Below are positions 1-13,247 of a stretch of DNA of 64,000 nt, piece by piece. The stretch is taken from assembly GCA_002633005.1 (NCBI GenBank), contig NMRA01000568.1, positions 207,842 through 271,841 of the forward strand, in the 5' to 3' direction. Position numbers and translations under genes: made by a program. This stretch comes from Phoronis australis. Taxonomy: Eukaryota > Animalia > Phoronida. The notes under the pieces were generated by a model. The model was not told the DNA's origin. It saw nothing but the letters and a program-made list of their open reading frames with translations, and ran no database searches. Each line of letters starts with the position of its first letter. Positions within the stretch are counted from its first letter, which is position 1.

Positions 1-668
1 GAGTACAAGATTCCGGTTTGGCGTTGATTAATTTATCAAAAATTAACTTTTTGTTAAAGAAAATTGCCAGGAAGTGTCGAAAGCGCTGCAACGNGCAAGA
101 AACGAATTTTACTTAAACCACTTTTCTCGTCTGTATGTCGGCGTGGCAGTTATTGAAAGAAAATTGTCAAGAAGTGTGTAACATGCATCGCTACGGTACG
201 TATGATTTTACGCGTACTCGTAATCAACACCCACTTTTTTCTGTTTATTTCTTAGTCATGAAAAAAACTTGAGTACCAATTCTATCGACGTTAAACACGA
301 GGGATGTAATTCGACAGAAATGGGGGGAGCAGTCCTTTAATTTTGTGAAGATTTTTTATTTATAAATGCTAAACACCTGAAGATGTCCAAAGAAATAATC
401 GACTAAAGCGTCGTGGCAATGTAAATAGGCTACACCATAGTGTAGATAAACCAATAGATTTTAGAATGGATATAAATGTTTGGAATTCCTTCATGAAATC
501 GGGAGTTTTAATTTAATGTCTTTGTTATTGTTTTTGTTTTTGTAGCTGTAGTAGTAGTCGTAGCAGCAGCAACAGCAAAAGCAACAGCAGTAGTTCTTGT
601 TATTGTAGTTATTTTTTGTCAGATGTTGTCGCTAAGTGTACCCAGTGTTTGCTTTAATTGTCCAGTAG

Positions 669-928
669 GTCTTGTGGCCGCAACAAACGCAGAAGTCGAA
701 CTCCCCTACTTCCTAAAGTGTCTGGCTAAATGCCTCGATATGCCGTTGGATAAAATCGAACAGTTGTTTAAAAAGTGCGGGAGAAGACGGCAATGCTGGT
801 TTAATAAACTTGGTGTGGAGAAAGGAAAGTGCCTCCGCAGTTGCATCAAGTTGGATGATGAAAGCAGTGACGTCACATCCGTTGAGCATGAGATCAAACC
901 AGGTCAGTCATTAGGCAAGAATATGTGA
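669..928 (+). CDS. Small 6-Cys secreted-peptide-like gene, copy A (probable terminal coding exon)
   Basis: Within ORF 623-928. After NAGNAG acceptor tccagtag reads GLVAATNA-EVELPYFLKCLAKCLDMPLDKIEQLFKKCGRRRQCWFNKLGVEKGKCLRSC..., a signal-peptide-like end plus the Cys framework shared with three paralogs. The upstream exon was not identified. Confidence 0.7.
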
Positions 929-3132
929 AATTTGAGCTAAATCTTGTCAGCAATTCTCAGGTAAAGCGCAATAACCTACTTCCGTGCAAAATGCGTTTTC
1001 TCCTGCACAAACATGTATTCGAAATACAAACAGCTGCTCAGAAGAGTAGTAGGATGAAACGTAAAGCGCTTATTGCTACCCGTCAGTATGGAGTACAAGA
1101 TTCCGGTTTGGCGTTGATTAATTTATCAAAAATTAACTTTTTGTTAAAGAAAATTGCCAGGAAGTGTCGAAAGCGCTGCAACGGTATGGTGAATGCCAAA
1201 TCCTCGGAATCTAACGTAGCAGGCCAACGTTTATGTCATTGAGTTGGTACAACGTATTATTTTACGCCGACTGGTAATCAACATTATCTTTTTCTGTTGT
1301 TTTTTCTGTTTTGAAACAATAGAGTACTAAACAACGATAATCCTTTATGCGTAGGGTCAAAATTCCAATTTATCGACGTCAGTATTTGTGTTGCCGGTCT
1401 TTTTACCTCAACAAAACGGAAGAAGCCGAGCTTCCCGTGCTTATCAGGGGCCAGCCAAATGCCTCGTACAAAAACAATATTTTTACATGTTTTGTGTGAA
1501 ATAAGTTGAGAATTCCGGTAAGCTTCGTAACTTGCTGGGCAGACCACTTCACGGAATACTTGCGAAATAGTCAATTGTCCTAATAGAGCCATGCTGTACG
1601 TCTTGGCGTTCAAGACAGATGAGTGGTCGCCAGGTTTGGCTGAAACAAGCTAGAAACGAACCAGTAAGGGGAAATAATAACAGTTGTTACGTAGCAAAAA
1701 GCGAGCACAGCTGCTTTTTTGTGATACTTAACATTGAAGTTATTGACTTACTCAGTGGCTGACCCAGGATCATGGGCAAATGCACTTTGGCATCGGATCG
1801 ACTTGCATAATAGGCACGTCCTATTCCTACAGTACAGCAATGCAAAGTAACTGAGCGTGGCGTCTGGACCACATGGTCCTTTTTTTAAACTGGGTCAGAT
1901 ACACTACACTTCTAGTTTAACTGACTGGACATCAAACAGTTTTTCAATGTCTGTCTATAACCATGCTTGTTCAATAAAGTAAACAAAGTTCCCTTCGTGA
2001 TAATAGATTTGCCACCATCCTGTACAGTACACTTAACGGCATAGTGTATACTGTGGTTCCGGGCTCGGACTGCAGGGAATTTACTCAGAGAACCGTAAAG
2101 ATTAACGAATCAGACGTACACCCAACACTGCCCGACAGGTCTGCAGTTTAACGTCGACGTTTCTGTATGTGATAAATAGAAGCAGGACAAAATGCACGGC
2201 CACGTGACCTATTCGTCACCAAACCACGTCATTTCAAATTGCCAATCGTTGAACTTCATTTTAACATACAATTATTTCACAACAGGAAAGATAAAAGTAA
2301 CGTACAGCTGTACATGTTTTAAGTTTTTAAGCAGATCTTCCTTTATACATGTACATGCTGTGTTGAAAGTCATGCTTTGTAAGTCTTCTTTGACGTTTTC
2401 TCATTCACGCAACACGGCGGACATATGGAGAAACCCCACGTTGGCAAATGTTTACCAAAGAAAGTGCCGTTTCCAGCAAAACAGGGTAAAAATTTAATAA
2501 CTCCAAAGGGTCTACTCTCTGCACTCGAAACTGGACTCGAAAATTGACCAGTTGCATGACAAGCTTACTGAAACTAACACATTTGTTAATGCACTAAAGT
2601 GACTGGTTAAGTTTTGATTCCTAGTTGAGTCTAAGAATATACTTTGGGCTCTGGTTAATGTATGAATTTAAACAAAACTCCATTTTGGTTTGAGCAGTAC
2701 TAGTGTGCAGCAAACAAAATTTGACCTGCATTGTACATTGTAGTTGTGTGACGAGTGGCAGAAGAATGGAGGTCTTAGTTTCACGAACTGTTTGTATGCT
2801 CAAAAATGCGCTGTCCTTTTAAATGATAAATCAAACACTACTAGTACATTATAAAAAATGACAACAAATAATAGTTTAGTCGTAAGGTATCATTATAAGC
2901 AAACGTATTAAATAAATTCGGACAAATCTGTTTAAGAGATAGCGCTCTCTGTGCCTATATGTATATTCACAGCCGGGTGCTCCATTGAAACCATTTTCCG
3001 AACATCATGTGCAAGGAAAAGTCCTGCACGCTCGTTTAAAAGTTTGAGATGAGATCTGTGGTGTCTCGATATCAAAAAATACACCTGCTCGTCCCTTACT
3101 ATACTATTGTACAATTTTCACTTATTTTACAG

Positions 3133-3359
3133 GCGACGCAAATGTTTCTGAAGAGTGTTTAGCCAAATGCCTGGGAGGATCTCAGCCAGATGTCGCCCAG
3201 TTGAGCAGAAAATGTTACAGCGTCATCAAGTGCTGGATGAGAGAAGTTGGTGTCAAGGGATTCCTTTGCGCCGCCTCTTGTTTGAGCGCCAAAGAGAAGA
3301 CTCCTGCGGAGAGTTATTCGTTTTCCGCGACGTTGACTGCAAGCGCAAACAAGTCATAA
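3133..3359 (+). CDS. Small 6-Cys peptide gene, copy B (exon not in the ORF track)
   Basis: Acceptor ttattttacag|GC, then DANVSEECLAKCLGGSQPDVAQLSRKCYSVIKCWMREVGVKGFLCAASCLSAKEKTPAESYSFSATLTASANKS*. Cys spacing is identical to copy A. Confidence 0.65.
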
Positions 3360-6300
3360 AAGATCGCTTCTAAAGATGTAGGCCTAGTACTGAAGATTTC
3401 CTGTAAATCGTCTTCTTGGTTCTTGATTTTTAACGTTTTAAGTGATTATAAAACAGCGTTCCACCCTAAAATGAACAATTGATTTAAACCACTGATGTCG
3501 ACTTGTTCCTTGTTAACATGATAGTGATTTCGAGGCTGGCAAAGAATCGACTATTCGCTGTTCTTCGTAGCATGTTCCCGCCTACAGGCCAACCTATAGT
3601 GCCTGGGGATCCTTTCCACTAAAAACCAATTCTCGGATGGTCTAGAATTTTCCACGAAAATCAAGCAAAGGCGTAGGAAAATCTGTCCGAGACTCTAAGT
3701 CAACGGACAGAAATTTAAACTGTGCTCGAACAGACAGAAGACAAAACGCTTCGAGAAACGCAAAAGACAAAAGTAATCATTTTTGGCTCTTTTTGGTCAG
3801 ATTGCAAACCTATGGCTAAAAAAAGACCACAGTTGATAGATTATTCAACTGGCCCACGCTCTTAAGCAATAACGAACGGTCGGTTCTCCTGAAGTCCAGA
3901 AATTATCCCTCTGATTAAAGAACAATTTGAGATCAAAATCATGCGGTAAGTAGTCTAAACGAGAGTTGGTTGTTACGATGGAAGGCCGGTCTACAGCTGC
4001 TGCAAGCCAACAAAGTTAGTGCAGACATTAATAAGTGCTTTATAACATGTGCAGAATAATCCCAAGACGAGAGCAATGAACCAAGTTTAGGCATGCAGTG
4101 CAGCGACGCCTGTGAACCTAGTCTTTGAAACCGGAGTAACGAGAGCTGGTCTTTCGTCTAAACGTGAACAGAATCTTTTCGGTGATCTGGAGTGAGGTTA
4201 ATGGACACGATGTGAAGTGTTGATGGATGTGATGTGAGTTTAATCCTGACTGATTCATGAACTTGTGTTTTTTGTTTTAATAGCGGTATTAGAAAAATCT
4301 TTAAATCCCGTAGTTTCGATAAACAAAGCCTGCAGTACGACCTGAGCGACAATTTGTGTTCTTTACTTTATACAGTACGTGCATGTATGCCTGTTCAATA
4401 TTTATACATTCATTTGAATTAGACACTGGTTTTCGTCTTTATTGCCTATTCATTCTTCAGGATAATCCAGCTAACATACACATGTATACATGTCATGCTG
4501 AAGAATTCAGATCGTACAAATCATCACCGACCACCGTCTATTTCACCCTATAATTCATACTATAGGCCACGAATAAATTCACTGCCAATATGCATTCGTT
4601 TTAATTCTTTGTGTTTAGTAATGCGATGTTTTGACCTGAAAATAAACATTTTTTGATATTATTTCATTCGAATTTTGATTTCATGACGATTGTTCGCTTG
4701 TCTCAAAATTTTCAGACCCTTATTATAAACAATATCAAACTACAATAAGCACCAGGCTAATTGCTGACAGACAAATCATGCCCAATACTCCAAAACCACA
4801 CATAAATGGATGGAACTACTTTTGACCAGGTGCATCAGTTTAATAAAGAATTTGAGGGACATAAATCAAAAAGAACAGTTTATAACCAAGCTTTCTGGGG
4901 TAAATGCGAACATCCGTCCGGGGATTATATAGATGAACCAGTGAGACAACTGAAAACCCGAAATACCAGTTTTAACATATACTAAGAATTGCATTATTAT
5001 TTACACAAATGTTAAACAAAGCATTGCACAACGTCAATGGAAAAATTTCAAATCTACAGATCAAATCAGGACTCGGGAAAGTCTAAGAAATGACAGTAAA
5101 ATAAAATACCGCATGTACATGTTGTTCTAACAAGTAAGCTTGTATAAGATAAACAATCCCCGTTTCTTCATAAGTGGTTTATACAAGAAAAAGAAGCGAG
5201 CAACTAATGAGACACAATTTGAAACAAAATTTGAGGAACTGAATGCAGTGTAAAACTTTAACATTCATCAGAGTTACAGTAACTGCAAACAATGATAAAA
5301 ATAATAAGGATGGAGAAGAAAGGTAGTTCCATTTCACTTATTTAATTAGAAGTAGTAGTGTAGAACAGAACGTGACAAATTGATGTAGAAGGGTAACAAT
5401 GTACACACACTGTTGGATGTACATATATTTTGGCATAGTCAAGGAATGTTCAATAGACCCTATTTTCAACTGAAAATGTCATTAGTCGTTGGCCAAATGA
5501 GTATCGGAATTATTGTTGAATTTTAATCACTTGCTTTCGTAAATAAGCACATTCTTTAACTGCGTGTTGCTGCAGTTATAAGATTATTTCCAACCACACA
5601 TATTAATATCGCTAATTTTTCTTTTTAAGGTGTAAATGCTTAAACATTATACAACATATAGTGTAGCTTATATACATGTATAAACGAAATTGTGTTCGCC
5701 TTCGTGAGGTGAATATACTTACAGTTGTAGCTGTCAACGTCTGCTCAAATTCGATTACGGCCTGACTTAGGCTAGAAAGCATGTACATGTACATGTACAA
5801 TGTTATTTTTATCCATACTCCCTGAAAAACAACACAGTAAGTGTCGAGTAAATTGATGAATTGGGTAAATGTCCTTAATGTTTTTATCAGCAGAAAAACA
5901 AAGCAATTTAAGCAAAACAGCAGGTGGCTAAATGAGCTACTCAGTGAATACAATCAGAATGTATTATTCGAAACCAGAGATCAGAGTGATGAGTAACAGC
6001 AGTGTTCACTGTAACTTATAGTGTTAGTAGAGTGAGTGCATACACAGCATACTCACATGTCAGAGTGGTAATTGTACAAGAAATACAATTGTGCAGTACA
6101 CTTCAAGTGTTTGGGTCATGTAAACGAGAATAAGATGGAATGCAGTAAGGCCACGCTTTTACTTTGCGACACTTTATTGAATCTAAACCACTTGTTCCCT
6201 GACATAGAGAAAGCAACTATCACTGTTTCTGCAACATACACGGATTATGCTAACGATCATCCTGTCGCTTGCAACCAATGCTTCTTCGAATGGGCAATGT

Positions 6301-8554
6301 GTCAATATCATAGACCAAGTAAGTCTCCTACTTGGTCACCTACTTAGTCTAGCTACGGCATCAACATGTTTACTACAGAAATGAGCAGTACACAGTACAT
6401 CACATGGATACTCAGGCTGATGGACTATAGAAGTTACTCGACAGAAAACAAAGCAAGTTGTAAATTAGTATTATTTTCTCGTTATTCATAAGTTGTTAAA
6501 GTGTTTAGTAGGTGGAATTTTGACATTTCCTTTCTGTTAAGTCCGTTCAGTGAATTTTAAAAGTGAAATTAACCTTTTCCTATAGTCAAATTGCATGTTT
6601 TTATTCATAGAAAGCTCTTTAGAAACTTCAGAGGTCAGCTTGTTTCAGAGAAATGTAGCTTTTCAGATTTTAGGCCTTGTTCCCTGCAACAGAAAAGAGA
6701 AGGAAACAACCAGAAAAGAGTAGGAAACAACCAGATGACCACATGGGATTGCCACTTTTAAGGCCAGGGGATACTTTGATTTGTTGTTATAAGAATGAAA
6801 CAAAAGTAAGATTTTGTCCTTGGGGGTTTGCCATCATTCCGCGACATCATGGCGTGGACCTCATTTTGCGATACTTTTTGTCATCATCTGATCCTGTTCT
6901 CTGTGTGTGATAACATCTCCTTGAGAAAGAATTAAGTTTCACGTACCGGTAGGTAAACTGTTGTTTACAGCTATATTTATTTTTTGTTGTATTCAACCCA
7001 TTACATGTAACTACGGAAAATAAAGCAAATGCCGTGGATGGTTTAGACGAGGCACTAACAAAACACAAATGAATTACCAATTAGTGATTGCACACTCAGT
7101 TAATGTTAAGTAAACTTAATCGAAGAGGATTTATTTACAGACACCCTGAGTACATGCATAGCTATTTTCTCTTCTCTTAATGACAGAGCTTTAATGGGTT
7201 AAATGTGCATTTTGGTGCTGTCTTGGGCCTGAAGTTCCCTATCTGTTTATCCTGGTTTTATTTCCACTGTCACATATGAATCAGTCTCAGTGACCCTATC
7301 TGAATTGGTTACAGGTCACAACCCACACTATCACTACAAATATAATAAAAAGAGACAGACTACTGTACTTGGGATTATATAGAAACTGAAGCAATACACA
7401 ATTACGGCCATACAGTGTATGACTCAACTGTGTATTAGTCCTGTTCACTTCAAGGTTGTTAACCAAGCATACATGTACATGTATGTGGAACGTTTCACTG
7501 AACATGTACATGTATAGCCAAAACCTAGTCTGGGATCGAAAACAATGATGATGGTTGCAAGAAAACGCACTAAATTGTCAAATGGATTTAGTGGTTGAAC
7601 TCTACCATGAAAAAAGCATAGTTTAAAAATTGTGACATCAGCGTAATTTCAAGCTGCAAGGTCACCTTGGTTAGCTTCCGTCTCATTTTGGGATGCATAA
7701 AAATTGTAAACAATATTGCTTATTTAGGTTAATAATGTCTAAGATTCTCTTGATAACTCTTGCCAACTTTATTAAAGTCTGGCATTTTTGTGTCTTGTTC
7801 TACTCACAGGTGTTCATTTAAATGGATGACGCCAATGACGTCTGCTTAACCAACTTACACAGGGACATACGTATAATTGCGCAACTGAAATAGTTCTCAA
7901 TATATGACATAGCTGTAAAGCTATTATATCCCCTATTACGAAAATATCGTGACGTTCTGAAAAGTGCATGAATGAAACTGAAAAGCTTGTAATGAAAATT
8001 TGCATTCATACACTAACTTCACATTGACTAATTATTTTATAAAATCATGAATAATGGATGTAGAAAAAAATCGATGTCATCTCATACACTGTTTTTGTGT
8101 TGTTTTTGTATATTTTAACGAAAAGTCTTTAAGTATTTATAAAAATTCATTAATTTTATAGCGTGTACAGAATACGAGGCTTGGTGTTAAGTTCCAATGT
8201 TCACTATTACTACTACATGTACTAGTGATAACAGGGGGTCGGTAAGTTGACACTTTCTAAGTTATAAACATAACAGCAGTCCGAGAGCTGCACTGCTGTA
8301 GCTTGAGACCACGAGAGTTTTTCTCATATGCTAGACTTTGGAATACCTATTCTAATGTGCATAACCCTCCACCCACACAAACGCGCAGTAGCATAGTCGA
8401 TAAACAAAACAAGCAGTAACACGACAGTAAGACTAAACGAACAGTTCAATAGCGGAGTTGCAACGCCGCCATATTGGAAATGGGTCAGAATGTTGCATTG
8501 TGGTTAAGCCGGTAAACAAGTACGTCGGCAAGCGTGGGGGCGAACCGGCCACAG

Positions 8555-8800
8555 GGAGGTTATACGTGTTGTGTGCCTGGCATGCTATAATACCAGTTAG
8601 CGAAATAAAAAATTTAGTTACTACCTGTTTCCCAAGGATCAAGAACTGCGTTAAACATGGGTCAGAGACATCGGTAGAGCTGGTAGCAAAGGCCGACTTC
8701 GTGAATTCTTTCCGACTTCGTAGCATAAAGTGTGCAGCGCTCATTTTGAGGGCGGCAAGAAAACGTATCTTAGAAACTGCCCAACAATATCTCCCTTCAA
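8555..8800 (+). pseudogene. Degenerate THAP zinc-finger (DNA-transposon-associated), truncated by the gap
   Basis: Reads GGYTCCVPG/CYNTS*RNKKFSYYLFPKDQELR*TWVRDIGRAG...FFPTS*HKVCSAHFEGGKKTYLRNCPTISP. It has the THAP C2CH signature (CxVPGC, FPKD, W, VCSxHF, PTI) with stops and a frameshift. Confidence 0.75.
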
Positions 8801-8822
8801 AGAAACAGTAACAAATACTCCA

Positions 8823-9787
8823 NNNNNNNNNNNNNNNNNNNNNNNNNNNNNNNNNNNNNNNNNNNNNNNNNNNNNNNNNNNNNNNNNNNNNNNNNNNNNN
8901 NNNNNNNNNNNNNNNNNNNNNNNNNNNNNNNNNNNNNNNNNNNNNNNNNNNNNNNNNNNNNNNNNNNNNNNNNNNNNNNNNNNNNNNNNNNNNNNNNNNN
9001 NNNNNNNNNNNNNNNNNNNNNNNNNNNNNNNNNNNNNNNNNNNNNNNNNNNNNNNNNNNNNNNNNNNNNNNNNNNNNNNNNNNNNNNNNNNNNNNNNNNN
9101 NNNNNNNNNNNNNNNNNNNNNNNNNNNNNNNNNNNNNNNNNNNNNNNNNNNNNNNNNNNNNNNNNNNNNNNNNNNNNNNNNNNNNNNNNNNNNNNNNNNN
9201 NNNNNNNNNNNNNNNNNNNNNNNNNNNNNNNNNNNNNNNNNNNNNNNNNNNNNNNNNNNNNNNNNNNNNNNNNNNNNNNNNNNNNNNNNNNNNNNNNNNN
9301 NNNNNNNNNNNNNNNNNNNNNNNNNNNNNNNNNNNNNNNNNNNNNNNNNNNNNNNNNNNNNNNNNNNNNNNNNNNNNNNNNNNNNNNNNNNNNNNNNNNN
9401 NNNNNNNNNNNNNNNNNNNNNNNNNNNNNNNNNNNNNNNNNNNNNNNNNNNNNNNNNNNNNNNNNNNNNNNNNNNNNNNNNNNNNNNNNNNNNNNNNNNN
9501 NNNNNNNNNNNNNNNNNNNNNNNNNNNNNNNNNNNNNNNNNNNNNNNNNNNNNNNNNNNNNNNNNNNNNNNNNNNNNNNNNNNNNNNNNNNNNNNNNNNN
9601 NNNNNNNNNNNNNNNNNNNNNNNNNNNNNNNNNNNNNNNNNNNNNNNNNNNNNNNNNNNNNNNNNNNNNNNNNNNNNNNNNNNNNNNNNNNNNNNNNNNN
9701 NNNNNNNNNNNNNNNNNNNNNNNNNNNNNNNNNNNNNNNNNNNNNNNNNNNNNNNNNNNNNNNNNNNNNNNNNNNNNNNNNNNNNNN
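8823..9787. other. Assembly gap (N run)
   Basis: Continuous n characters. Confidence 1.
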
Positions 9788-9930
9788 TCGGCTGAAGGGT
9801 CGGCTGTGGGGTCGCCTTATGAGTCGGCACTGCGGGCGGCTGCCGGTCGGCTAATTTTTAGCCGACCGGTCGGCTAATTTGCCGACCGGTCGACGGCCGG
9901 TCGTCGACCAATTTCCGACCGGTCGGCCAA
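9788..9930. repeat. GC-rich array of gccgaccggtcggc palindromic units, possibly a DNA-transposon subterminal region
   Basis: Repeated ccgaccggtcgg motifs in both orientations, ending in gtgatgtgtgctgta next to the gap. Confidence 0.5.
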
Positions 9931-11468
9931 AAATTCGTGATGTGTGCTGTATTTCGAAAAATCATGAAAATTCGCAAAGCGAAGCTTTTGCGGAGTATAT
10001 CAATTCACTGGATTTTTTAAGTTCAATTAGACAATTTTACAAACATAAAACTGTAATTTCCAGAGGACCTTCTCAAGCAACGGACAATGTCGCACTATTT
10101 TTCGTTTTTTTACTCTCTAAATTGTATATAACTAGAAAAAAATTGATGACCTGACAGATGACATCAATTGCTGCACGTTTCCTGATTTTTAAAAAATAGA
10201 TCTTTGGAGCCCAGCCCTTGAAGGCTTCCTTGATGACATTCACGTGGCTACCTTTTTCCTGTTTTTATCAACAATTTTTTTTAAGGTAGCTCACAAAGAG
10301 AGGGCCAATGTTGGAATCGATTACCTCTATTTCCCTGTTTTTTTTCTGAAATCGTACAACCGGCTTTCATGTTCAGTAAAGTCACTTCTTGCGGTGGAAT
10401 GAACCGTCACTTATTTTAAGCTTAATGATGTTTACCCTTTCATCTTAGGTGTCCCATTTCAGAAAGGACACTCTCTCGGGGCGGTTCGGGTGAATTGTTT
10501 ATTTCTTCATACACTGCCAAGTATTCACGAGGGGAACTTGAGATTCCAAATTCATCAAAAAAGACAAAACATCCGAGCACAGAACAGCAATGTCAAGTCA
10601 TTTTTCACAAACAACCAATAAATGTGAACAATACAATAGGATATACCGCCATTGAACAGGTGGAATTTGAAGAAGGTGAAGACCACTATTTGTACATTAC
10701 ACAGAATGATTACTACCGATGGTTAGTTATAATATAATGTTACTTTTTCCCGTATTATCACAAGAATATTATTTCTTTTGAAAATCGTTACTATGGGTTG
10801 TTTGTAAGGAATTCGCAATTATCGAAAAGACTGGGGGCTAGGATTTGTGATGGACCTGTACATGACGAACTGGGGTCCTTACAATACTCGCGATAATAAA
10901 CAAATATCAAATATTCAGCATGTTTTTGAGCTCAAGTTTAATTCGTGAACCGTTATAGGAACCTCTGAAATGATCAAAAATACACCTTAATCAGAATGCC
11001 CCATCTCCCATGTTCTCCCGTTTGCCTGTCAGAAATTTGTAAGCATGCTTATAACATTTTTGCTTAACTAAAATAACTGTCAAAGACATTCATTGATGAA
11101 ATTCGGACAGTACATGTACCTAAATATACCCAAAATTCAAATGACAATAAATGCATTAGTTTTTTACTTGGGCAAAAGATCTGTTGTTTAAACTCATTAA
11201 CAGGGGATCAAAAAGGAAATAAGTCATAAAATCAAGGTAAAGACATTGCTCATCAATTCGATTGTTGGTTTCTGATTGATGATTTTTTGGCAATTAGAAG
11301 CTAATCTAGTAAGAAATGACAATGCTTCAATGAACTTAGTTGCAAGCTGACATTGGGAAAATTCGATCTACATTGTATGATCAAGACCCCAATTAGAAAA
11401 GTACACTAAACAATTTTTGTATATCTGAAATAAATCTCAAAGATATTGATGAATGCTGGACAGCTCTA

Positions 11469-11848
11469 CAAGGTGTCCCAAAATGTTCTCACACTTCAAA
11501 TGATTGTTTCTTGACTTAGGAAATAGATAAGTGGGTTTAAAATCACAAACAGTGAATTGAAAAACAAGTTTAAGTACTTAAATAAATAAAATTAAACTCA
11601 TTGCTGATCAGCTTGGAAAGGCTGTATTTGCACTTCCTTGATGTTTTTAATTTCCAGTAGTATTGCGCAATTAACTTTTTTCTTCAAAACTGAATCGTTT
11701 GCTTGCCAGTTGCGTGCATATTACAGACGGAACACGTCATAACTGACTGGTCTAAACATGCAGTAGGCTCGTGCAGAATCTCAGAGATCTACGGGAACTG
11801 AAATTGAAGTCGAGACGATGAACTGCCTACGTTTTGGGACACACTCTG
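11469..11848. mobile_element. Probable Tc1/mariner-type MITE
   Basis: Imperfect TIRs ta-CAAGGTGTCCCAAAATGT ... ACGTTTTGGGACACACTCTG-ca. No coding capacity seen. Confidence 0.45.
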
Positions 11849-13059
11849 CATCATTTTTCCCAGGCACCAGAAGCTGGACTATCGGCAGTGTTTCAACAAG
11901 GGATTCTCAAACGGCCCTAAAGGCATCATACCAGGGAAATTCGGGAACTCACCATTCCAATATTTAAATTTACACCTGGGATACGCAAGCACCACTTTAC
12001 TGTAGGACTCATTTACGTACTGTATTATCCTGTTCCCAAGATACACGACACAGAGATATACATGTAAGGCGGAAATGCTTCACTTTTTGTTCAATTGTGA
12101 CTGAAGTTCGAGGCGCACCTTTATTTTCTATCATGATGTGGACCTCAGTGCCTAATATATATTAATTGTATGGTTGGTAACCTGCTTGATAATTTGCCAT
12201 AGGTACATGTACAGTAGTGTTGAAGGGAGTGTTCTTGTAAAAGCATACTCCGAGCCTTACATCGGTGGATACTTCGTTAGCATGTGTGTTACCGTGGAAA
12301 CCCCGTTACACTCAGTGGTGATGTCGTTTGTTTATATTTTTTGTTTTGACACGGGTCTTGAAACATCAAGTGTTTTTACTTTGAAGTTAGCCATTTTACC
12401 CGCTGATGTAGGCTGACAATGCCTTGAATTAACTGCTGATAGTTGATTAAATAAAATGTGGATGGTTTACGAGATCTGGGAAGCACCAGAAGAAACTACC
12501 CTAAATGGACTCTGTATTCAATAGTCTTCTTGACACAGACCAGAGCTAATGATTTTTTGGCCTTACACAGCCAATTCAGTATTGCAAAAAGTTCATATTG
12601 AAATTTAAGCTCAATGTCTTACTTAAAGTATGCATTGATTTAAAAAGGCTTCTATTTTTTATTTCTTGTATATAAAATATAGAAAAAGATTCCCCAATAG
12701 CGGCTAAAGTTATATAATCGCACCTCAGTACATGTATTTCTTGTTTATTTGTTTAACTGCCTGTATAGATTCTGATATGTTGAAAATTTCAGGTTCACCA
12801 TTTTTTGATGACAAAGCAAAAGATGACATCGTATCGTAGTGGAGAGTTTTCAAGGAAATTGTGAGATTGATATGTAATCATAAAATCTCTATAGACGTTG
12901 TGCTAGTCATGTTACTCAAAGAGCACATACATTGTAAGTTGAGTTGAAACAGAAATCGTTTAAGCAGTTCGTACACGAAATTTGATTGTTAGAGAATATG
13001 TGGTTTGGCTTCATGTAGTTCTAATATTGTGCTTTTTGTACATTACTCTGATTTGAAAG

Positions 13060-13247
13060 TCAGAAATGGTTTCCTGAACTGCATGGCCAAATGTTTGGAT
13101 AAATCGCTGGCTGACATTGAACAAAGGTACAACGAGTGTGGCGCTGATGTAAAGTGTTGGGCGAGAAAGGTTGGCTTTGAGGGATACACATGCGCCGCGA
13201 AATGTATTCCGGTTACCTATCCTGTGGAATTGCCAGCTGAAGTTTAA
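13060..13247 (+). CDS. Small 6-Cys peptide gene, copy C (mature-peptide exon; possibly a pseudogene)
   Basis: RNGFLNCMAKCLDKSLADIEQRYNECGADVKCWARKVGFEGYTCAAKCIPVTYPVELPAEV*. A candidate phase-matched signal exon at 12882-12933 (KISIDVVLVMLL...; donor gtaagt) lacks a clean ATG ahead of its hydrophobic stretch. Confidence 0.65.

Noticed and set aside
1-93. Exact copy of 1091-1183 ending at a lone n
   Set aside because: Perfect identity ending at an n suggests an assembly join or a very recent duplicate; no function is supportable.
8433-9854. Long ORFs 8433-9830 and 8730-9854
   Set aside because: Artefacts of translating through the N gap.
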